Shown one piece after another: positions 39,701 through 52,100 of a stretch of 64,000 bases of DNA. The first letter of the stretch is position 1, and every line of letters begins with the position of its first letter. A program made the position numbers and the translations under genes. Source of the DNA: Marsupella aquatica (taxonomy: Eukaryota; Plantae; Marchantiophyta); assembly GCA_973895155.1 (NCBI GenBank), contig OZ316894.1, forward strand, positions 10,092,379 through 10,156,378, written 5' to 3'. The notes below the pieces were generated by a model. It did no database searches. It worked only from the letters and a program-made list of their open reading frames with translations, and was not told the DNA's origin.

Positions 39701-42700
39701 GGTTGGATGGCTAACCTTATCACATTGCTGTTTAACTATGGCTTTACAAACCACATCAATCAATCATACCATCACTGACTGTTGTTCGGAGATAACTGGC
39801 CGTATTGGTTTTATTTTACATATGGTGGCAGTACTCGTACCTTTCCATTGACCTATCCTAGTTGACACTGCAGTGAAACCCATTATTTGCCTACATGTCA
39901 TGGAGGTCTGTGAAAAATCCTGGATAACCTCCAGAGGTGGTCCAAAGTTCTTGTCTCTCTGTTACTATTTGTTTCATTTCTCCTCAGAGCTGGCCCCACA
40001 GAATCCATGCTTTAGAATGATGAAATGATCATCTTTTCAAGCAGTGAATTAAAGGATCTAACTGTAGGTAATTAGTCAAGAGCAGATTATACCAAGGCTA
40101 AGTCCAGTAAGTATTAAACAATGGACATTTGACATGGGGTGGCCTGCATCACCCTTATGCTACCACTATCACCCTCAGGCAAGGAATGATCTTCTCTTGC
40201 CCACCCGTCTACCCGTTCTCTTCTGATGTTGCAACGCAAGGGAGTCACCCCCTTGATTAATGACAACAAGGCATAGCCAAGATTTGCATAGCATCACATA
40301 AATTTTGTTGGGTCATTTGATGTTTATTGAATGTCGAATAAATTAGTGCAAATTTCTACATCTCTTGAATATCTCTAGTTTATTTGTTTTTTGTTTTTGA
40401 ATATCTCGTGTGTGACCCCATCAATAATGTTCACCTAAAATATTGAATATACAATCATAACAGCATTAAAGGTTTGTCAATATGTTATATATAATAATAA
40501 CGTTGGACATTTAAATGGATATGCAAACCACTTTAGTGATGCGGGCTAGTGGATGAAACCAAATCTGACCATAGCCCTTGTCACCCCTCCCCCTCATTCA
40601 CCTAGTGGAGGGAAGGAACAAAGCGTTGTGTTGGACCTTCATCTGGTCCTCTCCCTTGTCCCTCTCCCCTTCCACCATTTTCCATGCAGGGTAGAGGGAA
40701 GGACAGCTGGAGATGTATTCCACAAGGAGCTTAAGACAATTGGGAATTGTGGCAAATTTACTTTGCTGTTTGGACAATAACACTAGTGAACTTTAGAAGC
40801 ATTGAAAATTGCTACTAATGAGCTGCCATGTTTTCATGTTTTACCACCTTCGGACCCCATAGAGGGGCTTGAGAATCAAACATAGAAAATTCTGCAAAAC
40901 TCAAAGACACCATTTGCCTGAAAGCAAGTTTTTTTAAAGGTGCAGCCTGCTAGGACAGAAGCGGTCAAAGGGCAGGGTTTTGGTTTAGGGTTTAAATAAG
41001 ATGTTGCTCCTCAAGCATCATTAATCACCGTGGCTCTCTTAGAGAACTACAGTAGCTCGAATACCCATGCATATGCATAGGAAGGGTTTAGGGTACCCAT
41101 AAGGAGCACTTATGCACAGGAAAGACTCCCTATACCCAGCCATGTTTACAGTATGGTGGTCACATTTTATTTTTTTGACTCTAGATACTTTGTCACAGAA
41201 GATATTTTAATTAACAATTGTAATGTGTCATAGTTTTTTTTTATATTTACAAATATGTCACTATTTCATTTATGGACTACAAGTTCACCAACATAACCAG
41301 AAGAACTATGTACTAAACCTGTGATACAATTGTATTGTATATATAATAAACACATTGACACTATTGTAAATTCAAATATCTTTAGTGACAATCTTATTTA
41401 TAAAGCACCAACTATAAGTTAGAGTGAAGCCTTTAAACTATAACTTCATGAATCATCATGTGGATGAGAAAATTCATGTCAAAATATATGTCAAATGATA
41501 ATCATTTATGCTTTCTGTCATGATTTTTATTTACGTTAAAAAATGGGTTTTATGCCCCCACCATTACATATGTGCACAGAAATATGCATAGAAAAGAGTA
41601 TGATATATTATGAATGATTATTAAATGATGACATGCCTGATTGTATTGTCTTTCAAAAAATGTGAGTCAAGTATATATTTTGGTAATATTTTTATTGTCT
41701 TCTCCTCTATTCAAGTTCAAAGAAGGGATAGTCTAGTCTAGTGTACTAAAAAGTTCTTTTTTGTTATTCAAGAAAATTCGTGTTATGGCTTGACTCTACC
41801 GAGTAGGCAGGTAGACTTTGATAAGGACAGGGAAGCATAGTATAGACTTGTTTTTAAAATGGCTACTCCATAGCATGAAAGTGGAGCCTCTTCCAAAGCC
41901 ATTTGCCTAGTTTCCGTGCAAACACACTGTCCCAGGAGGAGCCAGCCCCTCTGCCCGTGTCTCCATGACTGCTAGCATAGACATTTGGGTCCCGGTGCAA
42001 AACACCCTGCCCAAAGAGTAGCATGAGTAGCAGTCCAGCAGCGGTCACACTGCCCTAGGAAGAAACGTTTCTTTGTGGTCCCCTTTGGAAAAGGATAATT
42101 AACTGAATGTGAAAACCATGAACGAACGATTGAAGTAAATTTTAAGGTTTTTCTTTTGGCCAAAAGGTGGTGAGTGTCACTTGTTTGAAGGAGAAGATGG
42201 TAAGCAGATTCTTGAATTAATTTTGGAGAGTTAGATCTCCTTGGATTTGAAGTCACCCCGTCTCATTCTAGGCAGGCCAATTCAAGAAAAGAAGACTAAT
42301 GATTTTTCAACGAGGTGGAATTTGGCTAATTTTAGCCACTAGAGCAATTTGGCTACTTAATACCTTCAGTGCTTTGTCTCTTTCAAACCTGTATTTAGGG
42401 CTAAGGGGAAATTATAAGCTAAAAACCTTAAGGAAGGACTAGCTTTAGCTAAACCCTAAACCTCTTGTTTCTAACAATGGCTAAGTTTACTGGTTACTCC
42501 AACTCTGGTCAGGGCATCTCCATCAATGGCATATTATGATCATCAGCAAGTACAGTGTGTGTATTGACCTCAATAGGCATCCTGGCCTAGGGTTGATGAT
42601 GAACACAATGCAGTCCCATCATGCACAGCCAGATTACCCTGCCATCAGAAAGTTTAGCAAGGTTGAAAGGTGTGTGGCTGCTTGGGTCAAGTCCTGCCCC

Positions 42701-42910
42701 AAGCGTAAATCCCACTCGTTGCTCATTTGCAAGCAATATACAAATTGGAATCAGTGCAATTGTCCATATTGAACGTTCAATCTTGGATGTCCAGGCAGGA
42801 TGACCTAAAGCAGTCCTTGGCCCTGACCTTTGCAAGTGGGTATTATTAGCCCAGTAGGTACCAGGAGGGACATGGCATGTGGCAAGCCACACACTTTCAA
42901 TATCAAGGAC

Positions 42911-43211
42911 TCTTGGGGGGGGGGGGTGGAGGGTTAACTAAGTGTATATTTTGGGGTATCACGTGAAATTCTAGTCTAATATAAATAGATCTATTTTATA
43001 AAGAAAATATTTTAAAAATATTCTTCATTTTAGTATTAATAACCTATTTTTATTTTATAAAATATATATATTAGAGAATATTTTATAAACAGGAATTTAT
43101 AATACTTTCTTTTGACTCCTATGTTTAAAAAAATTTAGTAAATTTTTATCAAAAATAATTATTTTGGATCGCATGTGCTTCCTAAGATTTTTTATAGTTA
43201 ACCCCCCAAGA
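42911..43211. mobile_element. AT-rich MITE
   Basis: Terminal inverted tcttggggg...ggttaacta / tagttaaccccccaaga with an AT-rich core. Imperfect flanking repeat tcaaggac / tcaagacc. Confidence 0.6.
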
Positions 43212-44344
43212 TCAAGACCCTAAACTTCTGCACTTTACCCATAGTTTGTATTTATATGGTACAGTTGTGTGGTTTAGATGCACCTTTTGGGTTTTTAGTG
43301 TTGTCACTGGGTTCACTCCAAAATCTAGGGGTTGATAGTATCGACAAAACTGCTATTCAGTCCAAAACTGCAGTCACCCTAATGTCTCCTCAAAGACTTG
43401 TTTCCTGAAAAACAGTCACGATGAGAGGTTTAGGGTTTAGGGTCGGTGTTGGAAGAAAAATATAGTATAAGGTGAATACTTTGACCATTCCCAAGACACT
43501 GGTTGCCTTGGTTGAACTCTGGAATTGTGCAGAAAAACCTTCCCATGCAGGCATTCACTAGAACTGAAGGCGAGCCTGCTTTCTGACCTCCCAACACAAA
43601 AAATAAGTATCATGGATACTCACACCCAGGTGTCCTCGGCCAGGAGCTCTCCTTCACTTTTTGATGTAATTCCTGTAAGGAAGAAAGGTCACTGGTGTGT
43701 AACCTTTTCTATTAAGTGCTACCATTTCCATAACCCTGTGCCCGGAAAGTCCTGCTGGTAATGTTTTTCCAGGCATATATTAAATATGATAAGGACTGTT
43801 TGGGCTGGGGTTCTAATCTGACCCCTGTTCTCACAAAGCTCAGAAAACCTTCCGGGTTGCCACCGGTCAACATTTCCTCACCTTCTGGTCAAAGGGTTAC
43901 AGTCTAGTAACCCCATACCAAACCTTCATTACCCTATACAAAACTGTAGGCCACTTGCCACTCATGCTTGACTTTGTGGAGAACTCTACTGTCTTGTAAG
44001 TGCAGTAATGAGGTTGCCCAAAAAACAAATTTTAATTGCACCTGGTGCAAAAATGTGATGTTCTGCAAAAGCTGGCTTGAAACATATGCCAACCACAGTT
44101 CTGCCAGGCAGTGAGAAGTGGACTCTAGTGTAACATTTAGCATTTTTCCCCTCAAGGTGGCAATATGACATTGGATGAAAAGAGAAACTACCACAAATAT
44201 TAGGTATCTTATTTCCTAGAGTAATTTCTCACTGATAGACCTCTCTCTAAGTATATAAAAGTATATAAAAATAACCATCAAATTCTTGCTAAAAGGATCT
44301 GTGACTAGGTGAAAAACTGGTCAATTACAGACCAAAAGCCCAAA

Positions 44345-44806
44345 CAGCTTTTTATTAACCCGTCCTCCAAACTACCCAATATTAGCAATGTTCCCCCAAA
44401 CTAAATTAATTACCAACCTACCACCATTTTATATTTGGTTAGTACTAACTCATATGCAGGTTTCCATTTTCACATGGCGAGTTGCTACTGGCTAGCCTTA
44501 ATGCACAGCGACCCCTTCCCCGTTGCATTTTCTTGAGGGCCAAAAATGTCAGGTTTTTGTGAGGGAAGTGTGGAGCAAAAAATGACATGTTTTCTCCCTC
44601 CTGGACCTGTAACTATGTCCTGCATAGGGGAAGGGGGTTGCTGTGAGTTAAGGCCAGTGAGTAGCAACTTGCCACATGACAATGGGAACCCATATATGAG
44701 TTAGTACTAACCCGAATACAAAATAGAAGAAGGGTTGATAATTAATTAGTTTGAGAGGAACATTACTAGGATTGGATAGTTTGAGGGAGAGGTTAGTAAA
44801 AAGCCC
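44345..44806. mobile_element. Non-autonomous Mutator-like MITE upstream of SACL
   Basis: ~125-bp TIRs (cagctttttattaacc...ttagtactaactcatat / atatgagttagtactaa...ggttagtaaaaagccc). 9-bp TSD aagcccaaa / aagccccaa. Confidence 0.85.
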
Positions 44807-45229
44807 AAGCCCCAAAAGATTTGCCAAAAGTGGCTAACACTTTTTGGGTGATATGGAAACTGAATTTTTGCTACTAAAAAATATGCTTGGTGGGCTCATG
44901 GACAAGTCTCACAAGGTGAAGCTAAGCATCAGTTTGATGGAAATCTGACCGCCCATCTGGAAGATTTACGATCCAGATTGGAAGGCATTAAGCATCAATT
45001 CCTCACGGGTCAAATACGGGACTTAGATAAATCACAATTCAACAGGATTACGTCAACCTGTTGCCCATTTTTTGGGCCTTCAAAATCAATATTAAGTCAA
45101 CCGGTTACTATTACTCCTACAGTCCTACTAGTGCCCTTGTTAATTCATAATCATCATCCGGAAGCGGCATGCAAGGAGGACAAACGTAATTTAATACAAA
45201 GCATCTGGGCCTACACAATGCGGCCGAGT

Positions 45230-45616
45230 CTCTGCTCTCTCGCTCTCCCTCTCTCTCTGTGTCTCTCTTGTGCTTGCTTCTCTGGCGAACCAATCCCGGA
45301 ATTGTGAGCTTCTAGACATCAATGTATTGTTCGCAAGCAAGGTGAAAGCTGCTGCTGCTGCTCGACTTGCAGCTTCATTTGCTTATTTCCTGCTTCCCAC
45401 TGCTGGACTCGCTTTGGGTAGTACCAGCACTAGTAGTGCCCTATCAAAAGTGCGAAGGAGCTGGCAGCGCTTTCCTTCATTTGCTTCGGATTCTCCGATT
45501 GTCTCGTCCTAGCTCGCCAGCACTGGACAATATAAATGTGCTTCGTTTTCATTCTGTCCTGATTCTGTCGCATCTAGACCACGTCTGTGTCCCTTTCCAC
45601 CACTGACTGACCTACC

Positions 45617-45658
<42 letters not shown>

Positions 45659-47663
45659 GCTTGAGCTTCTTCTTCTATCCTTCCTCATCATTACTGATGC
45701 AAACCTGCCTCCTCCTTTCCTTGGACGTTTATTGTCACAGACACTAGCAATTGCCGCAGGACATTGGTCATTCATTCCACAGGAAAGTAGCTTGAGCAGA
45801 CGGAGCTGGTCGTTGAGAACCGGCCACGATAGCACAGAGCAGGCCACATTGATTTGTGGATTACTTTGCACTCACTCTCTCAGTGAACAATCCTGTTGTC
45901 GGCAACTCGACTTGCCTGTACATTTCACATATCCACGAGCAAACGTAAGTTTTCTCACGCTTCACAAAACTCTCACTGCAACATTGTCACTGGACAGTGG
46001 ATTCTGGTAGGATTCTAGTTCCGGGTAAAGTTCGAGCTGGGGCTAGTCACTCGCTGCCCAGATCGAGGAGGAGAGATGGTCATGGCCCGGTAGCGAGGAC
46101 GGGGCCCCGTCACTCGGCCATGGAGGTATGGAAATTCACGGTATAGTCGGTGATCGAGAGGAGACCTGCACAGGTCGGAGGATGTGGTATAGTCAGCGCC
46201 GTCGGGGATCGCTTCCAGTATCAGGTACAGGGAAGTCTAGAAAGGGATGCCAGGTTGGAGCAATTCTTTCAGGGACTTCCCTCTTTTTATCATACTTTCG
46301 AGATGATAGAGTAGACGAACGAACTCCTGCCAGTAGGCGGCACTCTCCCAGCAGGTGGGTATTTTCTACTAAGATCAGGTGCCGGGGAGGTTTAAGAGGA
46401 AAGGCAGCTTGTCTGTCTCAATCCAATCTTTCCAGGGCCTTCCCTGTGCACCTCCACCATATCCCAAGGTAGTGCTTGTAGGCGAGCTACAAAGTGCTGT
46501 GGCCGCGCGCCCGTGTATTTTCAGCTCTGCAACAAGCGCCCAGTGTAGACGAACGAACTCCTGCCAGTAGGTGGCACTCTCATAGCAGGTGGGTGTTTTC
46601 TACTAGGATCAGGTGCCAGGAAGGCTTACGAGGAAAGGCAGGCCGTCTGTCTGGATCCAATCTTTCCAGGGCCTTCCTGTACACCTCCACCGTACCCCAA
46701 GGTAGCGTTTGTAGGCGAGCTATTCGGTGTTCTGGCCACGCACTCGTGTATTTTCACCTCTGCAACAAGTGCCCACCGTCCAAGTGCAGGCTCTAATCCT
46801 TAGCTTTGAATCTGAAAGGAGACGAACTGCAGCAGCAAGTGACCTTCGACGAATGCTGCCATGATCTGATTCCTGATGATACTCCTCTCTGTATAAATCA
46901 AGCTTAGTTGTAACGAGCTCGTTCTTTCATCCTCCTTCAGCATGACTATCGTCGTTCTTCCGAGGATTCCTGGGACAAATGCCAGCTTCAGTTTTTCTCC
47001 CAGCGCTCGGAGCTGCCAATCGATCAGTATTTTCTCCCTATCACGATTTCACATTGTCACTTCTGGTTCGATAGCTGGTTTCTGTGAGACTCTGCCTTCC
47101 TACCGGCCGACCGAAGTAAGAATGACCGAGGTACCCCGAATGGAACTGGACGAAAACTCGCTGGCATTGCTTGTCATGTGATGTTGCAGCTCAGTCTTGG
47201 CACTTTGAAGTCGATTGCCCGATCGTTATCCAGCTCCGTAACTGGCTGTCATTGCTTTGTAAGTTGTGCATCCCTACAGAGGGTGACGAGGATCGTCGTC
47301 ACTGTTATGGCCTCGTCCAACCACTTCTGACCGAGAGCTCTTATTGGTTGCAGGATATTTAATACTCGTATCGAGACTGCCAATTTTGGAGTGACTGAAC
47401 TTTATCCGATTCGGAGGAGATGAGGGCCTGCCGTTGTGCTCTCTCTAAGGGAATTGAGTTGTTAGTCTCAGACCGTGATATCCGTGCGAAGTCTGCTAAG
47501 GTTTCCGCCTGAGCCCTGAAGAAGAAGCGGCAGCCACCCTTGTCTCGGAGCTGCTCTCGAATTCATCATATGTGATTGTCATGGTCCTGTAACACGTCGC
47601 ATCTACGTAGGTAATTGCCGGGCCAACCAGCTTGTGAAGAACCCGGACTCACATCAGTTCATC
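45230..47663 (+). promoter_or_regulatory. Long uORF-rich, intron-containing 5' leader of the SACL gene
   Basis: CT-rich Y-patch at 45230-45280 and a (CT)n run at ~45616-45655. Likely donors at 45342 and 45945. About 20 upstream ATGs, e.g. 45697, 46077, 46119, 46128, 46247, 46942, 46979, 47181, 47420, 47581. Long uORF leaders are characteristic of SAC51-family mRNAs. The TSS is inferred. Confidence 0.65.
46311..46775 (+). repeat. Tandem duplication, period 234 bp, in the SACL leader, with a more degenerate partial copy at ~46219-46285
   Basis: gtagacgaacgaactcctgccagtagg at 46311 and 46545. Both copies end gtgtattttca.ctctgcaacaag.gccca. Confidence 0.92.
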
Positions 47664-48494
47664 ATGTTCGACGAGAGACGGGCCACAGAGGGCTGTGGCG
47701 ACGTCTATTTTGCTCCATCCAGTGATTTTTTCCTGGATTCTCCGGAGCTCTTCGATAATACCTGTACAAGCCATATGCTCCTGAGGACCTCTGCACAGCA
47801 GGCTGTATGCGACGCTGGAATGCCAGCCTGCCGAGAAGCGAGTGGGCTTGATCCGAGTGAGGATGAGTCGAGCGAAGTTTGTGGAGGATTAGTTCCTGAC
47901 GGGGAAAAAGATCTGGAGGCCCTTCTGGGTTACATTGATGGAGAAGGCCTTGGACCTACTCCATTGGCTGTCGTTGACGACTCTCCTTATGACGTTACTT
48001 CTAAAAGGAACAGACCGTTTGAAGACGTGGAAGAGGAGGAAGAGGTCGAGTCGAAGTTGTGTAAGAGGCAAAAGTTCCAGGTGGGTGATGCCTTCCATGA
48101 ACTGAGTTCACCCGATGTCTCCATCAATGGGACAGGCAGTGGGTTAACTCAGCCACCCGGTGACGATAACAAGTCCGGGAATGAATTCTGCTTGGACCAC
48201 TCCGCTGACGAGCTTCAAATGCTATGCGACGACTTCGGGTTTGAAATGCCTGAGCAGCAATGTAGCTCATGCAGTCCTGAAGAAGGTGGGGATTCCATCT
48301 CATCCGGCTCTGCCAGACATTCTAGGAGGCAGAAATTCAAAGAGACGGTGAAAATGTTGCGAGAAGCAATTCCTGGGGGAGAGTGTTCGGATACTGCCAT
48401 TGTGTTAGATGATGCTATAAACTACGTGAAGCTGCTTCAACTCCAGGTTCAAGCTTTGGGAGCCCAACGGCTTGCTCAGAGAGCTGGCAGATAG
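47664..48494 (+). CDS. SACL: SAC51/SACL-family atypical bHLH transcription factor
   Basis: The frame is open from 47520 to 48494. Motifs: HQFIMFDE (cf. KRFLIFDQ), EKDLEALLGY (cf. EEINALLYS), CKRQK, and a C-terminal HLH RRQKFKETVKMLREAIPGGECSDTAIVLDDAINYVKLL. The first in-frame ATG is 47664, so the true start is uncertain. Confidence 0.85.
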   Translation: MFDERRATEGCGDVYFAPSSDFFLDSPELFDNTCTSHMLLRTSAQQAVCDAGMPACREASGLDPSEDESSEVCGGLVPDGEKDLEALLGYIDGEGLGPTPLAVVDDSPYDVTSKRNRPFEDVEEEEEVESKLCKRQKFQVGDAFHELSSPDVSINGTGSGLTQPPGDDNKSGNEFCLDHSADELQMLCDDFGFEMPEQQCSSCSPEEGGDSISSGSARHSRRQKFKETVKMLREAIPGGECSDTAIVLDDAINYVKLLQLQVQALGAQRLAQRAGR

Positions 48495-49149
48495 CAGACC
48501 CGGGCTAGCCTGTACCGATGTTGAAATGTCTGTGTATGTTGTGCTACTCCACCGAAGTCTAGCTGAGCAGACAACTGTAAAAAAATAAAACTTGTCTTGA
48601 GCAATTGCAGCCATCTTTACATTGTTGTAAGCTTGCGCGCAACTTCTGTGGTGGAAACATGTCGGATTTGTGTTGCTCTCTCGAGGTCTTCTGCGACTTG
48701 TAGTGGAGCTCGACTAAGTAACGAGTGTAGTAAGGGTTAGACTTGTAGGAAGCTAGGCTCATCAAGAACCTTAGGGCAGTCCGATTTTCGTTGCAGTACT
48801 GTCATCCTCACCACAATAGATGCAGAGCTCAAGCAATTGGCGTTTGATCTTCCATCTAATTGAAAGTGTATTATAGAAGTGTAGCTCTTTAGATTTAGAG
48901 TTTCAACTGATTAGAGATGAATTTTTACATCAGTACTTCCCTGTCGACGGATCCAAATTGTGCACACTAGCAGGCACGCAGGACGTTCTGGCCCTTTCGC
49001 GTGGTGCAGCAAAGCTGATCTCACCATATTCTGTACCAGACTCATTGGAATGTACCTTTCGCGGAAGTTGAGATGTAATTATATCGAACTGAGATCTCGA
49101 TTCTCATCTTCCAGACATGCGTCTTCTGTTTTGTTGCCTGCATTACAGG

Positions 49150-52100
49150 TGAAACGTATAAAAGTAGTGTGGATTGCAAAGGCAGTAAACGCTGGATGCA
49201 TTATCCCGTTCCAAATTCCTTCTCTTTTCTGAAAATTTGGTCGGCCATGTACTTTCACACATCAAGTCCTGTCACATTGATAACGTTGGAGTGTTGCAAT
49301 CGTTCTTGGCCTGCTTCTGCGAGATAGGGCAGCTGGATTGTGCGCCCGTTAAATTGTCTGACGTCCATCGCTATAATCTTTGGTGATGCGGAAGCTCAGC
49401 CGGGACATATCCGCACTATTCGAGTGACGGACACTGCTGAGCGACGAAACATTTGTCCAGCGAGAGACGAGCTAGAGAGTCGTGAACATCGAACGCAATA
49501 CTTGTAAATGTGATTGCATGCACGTTCCAGTTCACGCATGGTGTCTTGACTCTTCTCAAATTGCGTGCCGCATGAAACTGGTGGTCCTCGACTTCGTTAA
49601 GTGCAAACCTCTGTCTCACGTGATCGAAAGAAATGTTTCGTTTGCGGTGCCCGATTCTATCGCAGATTCGAGACTAACTCAGTCAGCATTGAGTTCGCCA
49701 TACGTCCGGGCCACTCTGAACATCCGGCTTGGAGCCTCAGTCAGATGCGTGTAATTATTAAGTACGTCGAGACGTCAAGCAACAGTGTGCGGCGGTCATG
49801 CCCCGGAGAGCAAGGATCCGGAACACAACAAAGTTTTGAGAGGCTCCAGCTCTCGTATCCGCTTCAGTGGATTGACTCCTCAAAGACAGCCTCGCAAATA
49901 GTGAAGTCTGCGTGATTCGGAGTTGGAAAATAGAAATGTTCGAGCTTCCCACGGTAAAACCTCAGAGGCGGGTTGATTTTCCTGAATCTGATCATGAGGG
50001 CTCTAGAGAATGATGCAAGAATCTCGTGATGGCCTGTGCACGGACTCCACTTCGGGATTTGGAGTCGGCCATGACATCCCATGAGTTGCCAGCCCAAGCA
50101 ACCATTAAGGTGCCGGGCCACATAGCCACTAAGCCACATATTGCTTTTGCTGGGACCCAGAAACATGAATGTTAGCCGGTACGCTATCGAGGGCATAATC
50201 ATTATAAGGCATGGTGAGAGGTTCGAGCAAACGCTTTCCACTTATAGCGCCAGCATTTCGCAATAACTCGCGCGTTATATCCTTATCAGCGCAAATTGAC
50301 TGGGTCTGGCACTCTGGCAGCCCCTTTCCGGGCCTATTAATTTGCCCATAGCTTTTAATACAGTGGCAGCCTTTTTCAAAGGTGTGCGAAACAGAAAAGG
50401 CAGACATCCACTTTCCGTTGCCCCTTCTTTTATTACGAGCGTACTTTAGAGGCGTACTTTAGAGCACCCCAGTGGTTTGGCAAGCGCACCGTTAAATTAA
50501 ACAGCGGAGTTGAGGGCCATGAATAGGCTCAGTAATTGTACATCAACATTCAAAATGTGATGGAGTTGAGGGCCATAAACGGGAGAAATTGGATATCAAA
50601 ATGTTAACACTATAATGTGTAAGATATCATTACTCTGTATCATGATAAAATACACTTATTCTCTTTAAATCCCTGAGTGTTATTTTAAATATATATCCCA
50701 CTGGCAATTTTTGATCGGCAATTATCAGGATGCCATAAACAAGCCCCCATTTTAGCCAATACCTGCATAAACCATTGGAACTCGATTGGTAAAGCAAAAA
50801 ATTGATCACCTATTGGGTAGCCCTGGTTGGCAATGCTTGGCATGAGGCAGGTTTCTAGTGCGACATCAAGTGTCTGCTAGGTACTGCCGCTGGGGAAGGT
50901 TACCAGAAAACTTTGCCTACATTTCTGAAAGTTGCCGTGGCCTGCACCCCTGGAGATGCTCTTAATTAGTTTGATTATTGAGTTGGTCTGGAAAATGCAC
51001 CAGGTCCTTGACCAACGAGCTTCTCCTGGTTACATCCAATCCTATATATGTTGGGACAACAGGGGTATTTATTCCTAGTCCTCCTGGCTATATCTTATCA
51101 TATATGTTCTGGAATAATCTCATACCTTCAATACAGGTTTGAGTCAAACGACAACACCTTTGCTTTGAAATCAATGATTGCAGCATTCAGGATTGATGGG
51201 ATTGACTTCCCCCACCTTGTCAAGCTTGAACTATTAGCAACCTGCAAGAAGAGAATCTACAAGCACCCCCACCCTATAGCCCCACTATAGGGATATACTT
51301 GGGACTAGATTCATTGAAAGTATAGTTGGGATAATAGTTGGTGGAACATGAACTGGAATTTTGTCTCATAGCATAATTACAGGACATTATTGTCTTAATG
51401 AGAAGATGAGAAGAGATAGATTAAAAGGTGAATCATTTTTAAAAGTGTGATAGAGCTTATGACTATTAACACAAATCATTGAGTAGAAAGTTATAGTTGT
51501 AATTGAAGCTAATGAATTAATATTAATTGAATGTGCATGTACTTTTTTGTGAACTTTCATGACACAATTGTGCGCACTCTTAATTAGAATCTAAAGGTAC
51601 AAAGTAAAAACTCATACTACATTATGAAAAACTGTGAATGTATGTGTAGACTTTACGCCTAGTCCACTAGTCATAATGAAAGACTATGCATGCATATAAA
51701 GATTTTAAGTCTAGTCCATTGGTAGGAATGCGAAGTCCTGTGTTCAATTACTACCACGTGTAGTATGTCAAATCACACATATCCCCTTACAAAAAACTGG
51801 TTATGAAATAATATATTTAGAAAATAAGGGGGGATTTGAACTTGTGAAGATTGAATTTAAAAAATAATTATAAAGGGTGCTATTCCGAATTCCAAAGTGT
51901 GGGGAAAAAACCAAAGAGCAAGCCCTCTTAAAGTGAATAAAAAATTCAATGACTGAAAAAGTTGGGCATTGTGAGGAGGTCATATGGAATCACCATAAAT
52001 GCAGTGTAAAAAAAAATTGGATCATCTTTCACATGTGCCCAAGCTTTGCTACATTCTCCAGGGGATAGCTCTTCAAGGCTCAGATGAGGATACATTTAAG

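Noticed and set aside
43427-43443. ggtttagggtttaggg as a telomere or fusion scar
   Set aside because: Only two units; such short interstitial repeats are common in plant genomes.
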